Positions 49,289 to 57,831 of a stretch of DNA of 57,831 nt are shown in pieces. The stretch covers positions 1-57,831 of the forward strand of contig JAHBMJ010000069.1 in NCBI GenBank assembly GCA_018398765.1, given 5' to 3'. The DNA is from Chromera velia. Lineage: Eukaryota. Under the pieces are notes generated by a model. That model searched no databases, was not told the origin of the DNA, and saw only the letters and a list, made by a program, of their open reading frames with translations. Position 1 is the stretch's first letter. Each line of letters opens with the position of its first letter. The translations under genes and the position numbers were made by a program.

Positions 49289-49429
49289 TAGTGCTCTCTG
49301 CATGCGGGCAAAGACCTGTCCCGTATTCTCTTATCCAGAGACTTAACTGATAGAGAGCTTAGTCTGCTTCCCTCTCTCTATCGCTGCTAACCTTTGGCTT
49401 GTGATTCTGGGTTTCTCTGTGTGCTGCCA

Positions 49430-52400
49430 GAGGGATGACAGAAGAAACAGGTTCCCGTCTTTACTTCCCAGTTCTGGGAGTAAAGGACAGTTTCAAAGGT
49501 TTCAAGCTGGACTACACTGCCATCTGCAAGGGTGACCCCGCTTTCAAGAAGCTGGGCAAGGATGAGCAGCTGTCAAAAGTTGCGACAGCCCTCTTCTGAT
49601 CAGCAAAGGGGCATCCAGACTGCGGAGAGTAGGTGATCTCCTTGTTCAAGAAGGTAGATGCTCCTGAGTTCTCCAATGGGAACACCTCTGCCCCAGACAC
49701 GGACTGGGACAAGTTCTGTACGGCCATGTGGGAGAGTATCAAAATCCTGCTAAAAAAGAAGGACAGAGAGAAGAAAGAGGCAGTGAAGGCAGAGTACACG
49801 GAGTTCTCGAAGTCGCTCATGTTTAACCGCATTTCCAAGTAGACTGTGAAGTGGGGGTTGATAGAACAAAGGATAGCCGAAGTGGGGGTAACGATCACAG
49901 ATAAAGACAAGGCCACGCACCTTCTGAAGTCCATCTCCCGGCACTTGCCGTCCCTTCATGCCATCTTGAAGATGACAATGGATGCAGCCGACCAAGAGGA
50001 TCTAAAAAAGATCCTTGACAAACTGAAAGGCCTTCAGGAAACGCGGGAGGGAGATTTGTGGTCCTTGGTTGGTGATGCTCTCAGTAGGGGAGATGGCAGT
50101 GCCTTACCTACACAAACAGCAGCTAAGGGTCCAAAGGTAAAGGAAGAGTTTGCCGGTCTCGTTTCTATCGTGCAGCAGACGGTGCAAGAGCAGCTCCGTC
50201 TCACAGGTTTCGTTAGCCCTGGAAACGTTCCTGCCCGGTCTTTAAACGGAAAGGGGAGAAAGGGGCAAAGCAGAGGAAGGAACTAAGGTGGCAGAGGGGG
50301 CTCTAGCGGCGTAGAAGGTACACAGGGAGGTCCTCCCAATCACGGAAGAGGTTCCCGCGATGCTTGTCCCAGATGTGCATGCCCTGGTGGTCACGATGCG
50401 GGCTTCCCATGCCCTGCACAAACCCTGCGGCTACAAACCCTGCGGTAGAAAGGGGCACGACGCGGCAGTTGCATGCAGGATAAGAAAGAGGGATGAAGAA
50501 AACAAGCAGCCGGGGGAGAGCAGACCGAGAGGGCCCTAAGGGTATGCAGGCCAGGTTGGAGGGGGACAGGAGTCATCCGAGCAAGGAATCCGTGTGTGTG
50601 ACAGGATCACGGTCACGGACATGGCGTTTCTCTCCATCGGTGCATGTACGGGACAGACGAAACGTCTGTCTCCTCCGATTGACAAGTTTATGACCGACAC
50701 AGGTGCTACAGACAACATAGGCTCCACCCGCATGTTCGGACAGTATGTGATTGCGCATAAGCCGTCCACCCAAGATTTTGGACAGGCTTACAGAGACGCC
50801 TCTGCTGTGCAAACCGAAATGGAGTGCATAGTTGCCCTCCCAGTGACACTTCTGGAGGGGGAGCTAGACAACTGGTAGCAACGCACAGACGAGCCACTCG
50901 TGATCCGCATGTGGCTGTCTAAAGATGACTCCGTCCATTCCTTTCTGTCCTCCGAAGTGATGAACAATAACAAAGCCGATGCAGTCAACTCCCACTGCGT
51001 GTTTGAGGATATATGGGGGAGAAGGAAGAAAGTCAAAATTGACTACCCCAGGGGGGATGACAGATTTGCTGTTCCCATGGTGTAGTTGCACCCCGAACGA
51101 TTTCAGCATTTGGAGTTAGGAGGGGCGCATGGACTGGCAGCAGCCATGTCCGCAAACAGACACAGCCAGTGACTGAAGGAAGCCGACGAGGAGACGTGCA
51201 TAACTTGGCACAGAAGACTTATGCACCAAGGTAAGGAGAGGTTAGAAGAGGCCCTAAAAGAAGAAGGTCTTCGTATAAGTCATGCAGCGTGGCAGAAAGT
51301 CTATGCTGACTGTCATGTCTGTGAAAGGAGAAATGCAATCTTTCCGTCTCTCCATGCAGTTCCCGACCGCCGATTGTAAGTCACTTGGTTCGGACAGGTT
51401 GTCTACTGGGACCACTGGTTCATTAATAACAGTGGTGGCGTGGGAGGGAGGGGTGAGTACGCAGTCTCCTTCATGCTTGACTACTACACCGGCAAATGGG
51501 ACATGATGGCAGGTGCCAACCATAAGGTGGAAGGCGACCTGGGCGCACACCTACTCAGATGGAAGGCACGCTACAGCAGCTTTCCCGAGTCTATTGAGGC
51601 AGACAAGGCGCAGGAGCTGTGGGCAGCGGGGAGGAAATGGTACATCGCCATAGTGCCAGCGCCACCGTATTGTTATGGTCTACACGGGGCGATTGACACT
51701 GTCACCCGCACAGCTTGAGTTCTAGTGCAGACTGCACTGGAAGAGCTGAACCTGCCAAAGGTCTTATATAAGCACGTGCTCGACGGCATTTGTGAGACCT
51801 GGAACAAGACCTACAACAAACAGATTGGCATAACTCCTACAGAGAAATATTTGGGCTTCCCACCCGTGCGGACGTTCATGTTTGGAGATCAGGTTGTGAT
51901 GAAAATAAATGAGAAGAGCTTGGAGCTGGCAGGGGTGGAGGTTACGTATCTCTACAAAGAAAATTCTCATCTTGCCACTGTTTTCCGCAGAGCACCCATC
52001 TTGGGCAAGGGCACAGAGACCTACACTATGCTCGAAGTCCACCCAGCATAGCTGAAGCCAGTCAGGCGAGGCCTGAACAAGTCATAGCTGGGGCGCCAAC
52101 AAAAGTAGGAGGTTCTAGAGGCTTGTCACTGGTCGGACATCCAAGCACAGAAGCAGCAGCAGGCACCACCCGTGCTCCACGGTCCGTCCCTGTTCCCTGT
52201 GTCCATATTTCCGATTCCTTCTCAGTCTAGACCGCAAGAGGTCGGGGGTGCCGCCGCGCATGGCCCGGGTGTTGCGGGGTTGGAAGTCCGAGGAAGGGTT
52301 GAGGGAGACGGCAATGGAGAAGGGGTGGAGGCGCGAAAGTACAGCGGTATCTGGGCTTAAACAGGCAGAGGGGGGGCATTGCAGCCTTTCATTGTCCGAC

Positions 52401-54570
52401 AAGAAAATAGCAAAAGTGTACAGGTTAATGAATTCGACCAGACGCCAGCTGGAGAAGCTAGAGTCGGGGGTATGCGTCACAATAACATCAACCACCGACT
52501 TGTTGTCTCCCGCTTTCAGTGGTCCGAGGGACAGCCCTTTCCGTCTGCTCCGGAGACGGCCAACGCAGCCGTGTCTCCCATTGTCTCTCCTGAGGCCATG
52601 CCTGCGATCGTCCCTCCATCCGCCTCTGCAGACGCGGCTGCTCTGAGTCAGCCGTCGGGGATGAATCAAAAAGAAGAGGAGTGGAGGAGAGTGAAGGAGG
52701 AACTGTTCGGAGACAGAGCTTTGGAGAATCTGATGAAAGCAGAGGAAGGGCAGGTTTAAGAAGAAGGTGGTGCCATGCTGATCATAAAGCAGGGGTAGCC
52801 TACCTTGCCTCAAATGCAATCCAATCGTCCGTCTCCTCCCACAAAGACCCCATACAGCCGCCACATGCTGCAGTGGAACTCTGACATCCGTAGATACTCA
52901 GAGGAATTTGGGGGAGACGCTCCGTTTCTCGCTCTGGCTAGCTTTCGAAAGGGAGCAACCATACTTCCTGCCAGCAGAGAGGAGATCGCGAGAGAGGAAT
53001 TTTGGGAGGCTGACGTCAAAGAGTGGGCAGCCATCCTTCATACGAAGATGATCGGAAAGCGCCGCTTACACTTTGAGCTCGCTGCCGTGCTCAACATAGG
53101 GTTTGCCAGAAACCACAAAGAAGATTTGAGCAAGGGACCCGGGGGGAGAAAAAAGAAGACGCGCATTTATGTCACAGAGTACGATGACCTGAAGAAGATG
53201 GACACATTCAGTGATACTCTCAACCGCGACTGCTTTCTTCTCACCCTCCTGTATGTTGCCACTCGGGGGTTTGAGGTGGAGTTGGTAGATATCAAGAATG
53301 CATTCCTCCAGTCCCCCGACAACCACGTAGAGCACGTGGGGGTGCGCATCCTGAAGAGCATTCCCACCATACCTGCACAGAAGCCTTCCTTTCTCACTGA
53401 GTACAGCGATGCCGAGTGAGGAGAGATAAGGAAAGAGGCAGAAAGAATGGTCCCAGGTCAGATCTACAAACTCAGCAATGCCCTCTACGGCACCCCTGCA
53501 GCACCCGCACTGTGGGGGAAGGAATTGAGGAGAGGGTAGGAGGAGTTGGGGTTTGTTCCTGTTGAGCAGTCAATCGCAGTCAGAAGGGAAGTGGAAGATG
53601 AACCCGTACAGGACGTGCAAGCCACGCATGTGGACGACATTTTCGGAGCAGGGGAGAGAACGGAGGAGGCATTCGATGTGTTGGGGGAGAGATTCAAGAT
53701 CGGTTCCCGAACAAAAGTGAATGTAGGGTCTAAGGCAAAGTACATTGGGATGGACATGTACCGTCTCGATGCACATACCTTCGAACTCACGTCCAAGAGT
53801 TATCTCGAAGGCATTGACGTCAATGCAATCCTGGAGAAACTGAAGAAATCCCTGTCTAAAAAAGACGTCGCTCTAGCCGAGGAACAAGATGTGGACATGT
53901 CCCTACAGGGGGTCTATGAGGAGGCAAATGGCGTGTTGGGATGGGCTGTTCATCTCAACTGGAGGAGAGCACTCTGGTTTTCCCTCCTCAGCAAAGCAAC
54001 CACCAAACCCACCGCCCGCCATCTCTCAGCAGTCAAGACAGCCATACACGGGTTAAAAACCTATAGAGAGCCCCTTGTTCTTCATGGCTTGAAGGGAAGA
54101 GAACTCCATCTCGCCGGCTGTTCCGATGCCATGTGGAACCGCCCGAAGTACGAAGGCAGGCAGGGGAACATAATGATGCTTAATGATGAGTCGTGGGATC
54201 TAGAACGAGATGGGCCCAAGAATGTTATCTCGGAGGACCTATCCAAGGACAAAAGCAAGCACAGCTCGTCATCAATTGATGAGTTGATTGCCGTCTATCG
54301 TCTAATCAAACGTATCGCAAGGTGTGCACGATTCATTCGAAACTTGTGGGGAAGAGATCCAATCATTTCGATCTTTGTCAACAATAGGGCACTACATGAT
54401 TAGGTCAGATCAGGGATTTTCGACACAGACACTGAGTATCAGGGGATGTTCGATTACGTCCTTCAGTAGATCTAGAAGTAGGGGGTGCGTGTGCAGTGGA
54501 TCACTAGACGTGCACAGCCACTAAATTGTCTGTGCAAACCTATCTGGTTCACGGAATCAATCTACAAATG
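49430..54570 (+). pseudogene. Copia gag-pol pseudogene with many in-frame stops
   Basis: Knuckle-like CPRCACPGGHDAGFPC (~50364); protease FMTDTGAT (~50690); WHRRLMH...CHVC integrase zinc region (~51206-51321); RT ELVDIKNAFL, LSNALYG, HVDD; RNase H GCSDAMW, SSIDELIA, IFVNN. Confidence 0.9.
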
Positions 54571-54661
54571 AAATAACTCGCAGTTTCGCTCGATTCATGC
54601 AGTATCAATCAAGCCTGTGATCTAATATCAAAAGATTCACTTGCTCACCTGCTTGGGGGGT

Positions 54662-54892
54662 AAATCAGAACGGCGCAATGCGCGCGCGAATATTTGCAAA
54701 TGTGCAGAAATAAAATGAAATAAAATGCATGTATGCAAAAGTATGTTTAAGGCAATTCAAATTGATGTCCATGCATTCGTGGTCAATGCAAGACACAAAA
54801 GCAGATAAAGACTACTCTGGGCAACTGCCAGAGGTTTCGCGTAAGAAGTAGATCTTCATGTCGATCATGTCTAGAGCGCTAGCTCTTTCTGC
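54662..54892 (+). repeat. 3' LTR of Copia element
   Basis: Follows the polypurine tract; matches the 5' LTR. Confidence 0.9.
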
Positions 54893-55221
54893 TAAAAAGA
54901 TTCATAAAATATGAAACAATCAATTTAAAAATTATAAAAACTCTTTGTACAAAACCATTAAAATGATTGAAAACAATCGTTTTACTGTGTATAATTTTTA
55001 TATTTTTCTAATGGAACATTAATGTGTGGGACCTAATAAATTATGTCACCTTATATGAATCTAGGCAATGATATAAAGGATATTAGAGTAATTGAGTTTA
55101 ACTGAGAGTTGTTTGAGTTTTGGGGGAGGTAAGAAGGCAAAAAACAATGTCATATATGCAATAATCATGAACGAAAGCACTGTTTACACCTCTAATACCT
55201 TACATTTTACATAGCCAATAA

Positions 55222-55422
55222 ACTAGAACCTGAAACCAAACCTCAACCTGAAACCAAACTTGAACCAGAAACTGAACCCGAACCAGAACCAGAAACCGAA
55301 CCTGAACTAAAACGAGAAAGTGAACCAGAAACTGAACCTAAACCTGAATAAACTGGAAACCAAACCTGTACCTGAATAAAAAACCAGAACCACAAACGAA
55401 CCAGAAACCGAACATGAAACTG
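55222..55422. repeat. Degenerate hexamer array (GAACCN/AAACCN)
   Basis: Visible; ends immediately before the second LTR. Confidence 0.8.
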
Positions 55423-55812
55423 TACATGTCCGAAGTTCGGCCCTTGCGGTGCCGATCTTAGAATATCCCGCCGCCGCACGCAGTAAAGTCAGACCTGGTC
55501 AGGAAGTGCGTGACCGTGCGCGAATGCGAGCGACTGAAAGCAAAATGCAAAACGTGCAATTGAGCTCAAAAAGTAATTCTTCACATACATGCAGAAAAAT
55601 AAATGAAAGAGACTTGGATCGGAAAGAAACATTCAGAAGTACCAGGAGTGGGAATGGTGGACTGTCAGACTTTCTCTCCTGTAGGTACTGGACTGAAGTA
55701 CTGACTGACTGAACTTATTGTCTCACTTAGCCGCTATATATTGCAATAGACCGTATGGGACAGAAGGGAGCCAGTAGACTAAACTAGACTGGACGGGATA
55801 CAAACTTCGATC

Positions 55813-55842
55813 TGGTGCTTAGACGGCGGGCACGAACCGTCG
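55813..55842 (+). promoter_or_regulatory. Primer-binding site
   Basis: TGGTGCTTAGACGGCGGGCACGAACCGTC; its reverse complement reads like a tRNA T-arm + acceptor strand + ACCA. Confidence 0.7.
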
Positions 55843-56206
55843 AGCTTGCAGGCTGTTCTTGCTCCAGGGGAGGAGATCGGACAGACTGGCGGCAGGGAAC
55901 TCAAGGGGGAGGAAGGAGAAGGTGAAGAAAGGATCAGAGAGGACGCTGGTGTTGTGGAGACGAGACGACATTCCGTCCATACAGGAGGAGATCAAGACAG
56001 ACTCTGGCGTTAGTAAGTCAATCGACTGATACTAACACTCTTTGGAACTGCTTCTCTTTTGCATTTTTTGCTTGCATCCTTCATTGCCTGGCCCCAAGAA
56101 AGACTCACTCACTCAACAGAAAGGCCTGCTCAGACTGACAGACACTGGTTGGCTGTTGCATGCACTGAATTTTCTTCCCTCATAAGCCCATTCCTGCAGA
56201 TTCAAG

Positions 56207-57831
56207 ATGGACGACAGAGAGACGGGTGGAGAAGAGAAGAAGTCTCTGTTCCCTCCCCTCACGGATGAGTGGATGTTCGAGCGCTACCAGAGGAGATGCT
56301 TTGTTAAGCGGGATGGTTCAGCAGCCTACCAAGCCATAGCAGACGATGACAGCAAGAGACTCTGGGAAATCGACCAGATCTTGAGTGCGTTGAAGTCTGC
56401 CCCGGATGAAAAACAGGCAGTAGGTAGAGTTGTGAATAAGTGGTACGCGGGGGGGATTCAAGATGCCAACAGCCAGAACGATTCCAAAGAATACTTGAAG
56501 CAGGTATGGGAAGCGGTGAGGTCCAACCGGAGTGTACCCATTCAGATGCAGAAGAAGAAGGTAACCAGAGCCCTCCAGGCAGTCGGCCAATACCCCGGCA
56601 AGGGTCTCTTCATTGCAAAGCCCAAGAAATTGATTACTGCCATGGAGAACCTTCTAGATCTGGCGGACATGTGCGGCCTCACAGTAGCAGATGAGGATGC
56701 GGCGCGTTACACGCAGGACGGACTTCCCCAGAAGCTGGCCTCCTCACTCAGGACTGGACTCAAGGCGGATTACAATAAGTTCCAGCCCCTAATCAAGGCC
56801 ATTCGCGACGAGATCAATGAGCACGGCGAGGGGTGTTTTCTGAGTTGGGAGTCAGAGGCCGAGAGAGAGCAGAGAGAGAGATCAGAACAGTTGAAGGCAA
56901 ACCTCATAACGACCACACAGCAGCAGCAGCAGAGCCCTCCGGGTCTCCTCATTTGGCAACAGACGTTGAGGGATGAAATGCAGAATCAAATGCAAGCCCT
57001 CTACACAGGGCAAGCGGGTGTGCCTCCTAGGCTTCCCCAGAGACAAAGAAGAGGGTATGGAGGCTCTAATGCTGCCGTGAGACAACAACCCTGGCCCTGT
57101 CAGAGGCAGGAACCACACCAACAATTCAACCAACAGCAGCAGTGGATGCAACAGCAGCAACACCCTCAACAGCCACCGCAGCAGCATCTAAGACCCAGGA
57201 ATGCTCCGCCTGCGCTCGGTGGGTGCCAAGACTGCGGGTATTATCGATCGCACCCGCCGCACGAGTGTTGAGCAGCAGACAACACGTGCCCCAAGTGCGG
57301 AATGAGAGGGCACTACGCCCGCTACTGCAGGAATGAGAGGCAACTGCCTCCACGCCTCTCTTGTACCCCGAATGACCAACCGTCTGCACAGCAGCCAGAG
57401 AGCCTCCTCCAGAATCAACCCCAGCCTCAAGCCAACATGGCGTTAAAGCCCGTCCTGCCTTCTGGAATCAGTGGGAGATCGGGAGGAAAGGCGCGTAGTG
57501 GATTGTCTTCATTGTTCGAAGAGTCTGATGATGATGCAAACGCGAAGTCAGATCCGTTCCTGGAGGCCTGGTTCACACAGCTCCTCCCTCCGATTCCCTG
57601 TCACTCACAGCAGCAACTAAGACTCACTGCCGAAGACGAAGACACAGGAGACAAGGAGAAGATCACATCTGGGCCCCTTCAACAGCAGCAGCAGGAGAAG
57701 ACTACACCTGGGCCCCTTCAACAGCAGCAGTTTGACCCTCCGGAGGCAAAAATGACGTTCCGCAGCCACCCCACTGTGACTCAGCCAAACCAGATGAAGA
57801 CACAGAAGAACCAGTCCCAGTATGATGACCG
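56207..57831 (+). CDS. Gag-like polyprotein with two zinc knuckles; one in-frame TGA at 57269-57271
   Basis: ORF 56207-57271 ends CQDCGYYRSHPPHEC*. The same frame continues AADNTCPKCGMRGHYARYC (canonical CX2CX4HX4C) and stays open to the window end. Confidence 0.75.

Larger units (their letters stand above)
49069..54892 (+). mobile_element. Full-length, inactivated Ty1/Copia LTR retrotransposon
   Basis: Paired LTRs, candidate 5-bp TSD TAAAA (49064-49068, 54893-54897), PPT GGGGGG at 54655-54660, domain order PR-IN-RT-RH. Confidence 0.93.
55427..57831 (+). mobile_element. Second LTR retrotransposon, 5' part (LTR, PBS, gag), truncated by the window end
   Basis: Putative LTR TGTCCGAAGTT...AACTTCGATC (55427-55812), tRNA-complementary PBS from 55813, gag ORF with CCHC knuckles. 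The second LTR is not in the window. Confidence 0.75.

Noticed and set aside
49430..54570. Alternative genetic code (TAG/TAA read as Gln) explaining the Copia stops
   Set aside because: All three stop types occur, host genes in the window have no internal stops, and the thiolase terminates at TAG.
55813..55890. tRNA gene on the minus strand
   Set aside because: Only the 3' end and T-arm are tRNA-like; I find no matching 5' acceptor strand, D-arm or anticodon arm. Its position fits a PBS.

Overview
Eukaryotic, intron-rich genomic DNA. The microsatellite-packed introns, frequent TGCATGCA motifs and gene style suggest a chromerid alveolate such as Chromera velia (inference only). Hand-spliced content: (1) a 14-exon, ~1584-aa WD40-repeat + ankyrin-like + TRP-type ion channel gene (+, 1950-15032) whose ninth intron holds a ~2.4-kb TTTC/TTCAAG satellite; (2) a cluster of non-autonomous hAT-like/MITE elements; (3) several multi-exon hypothetical genes on the minus strand; (4) an apparently intronless 340-aa ORF; (5) an intronless, probably mitochondrial acetyl-CoA acetyltransferase; (6) a full-length but nonsense-riddled Ty1/Copia retrotransposon (49069-54892); (7) the 5' LTR, PBS and gag of a second LTR element running off the window end. 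The most striking signal is RIP-like hypermutation of repeats. All 14 substitutions I count between the two Copia LTRs are C/T or G/A transitions, mostly in CpA/TpG and CpG contexts. The Copia gag-pol is broken mainly by in-frame stops, and intergenic repeat relics are AT- and TpA-rich. Most long ORFs in the supplied track that overlap microsatellites are artefacts.
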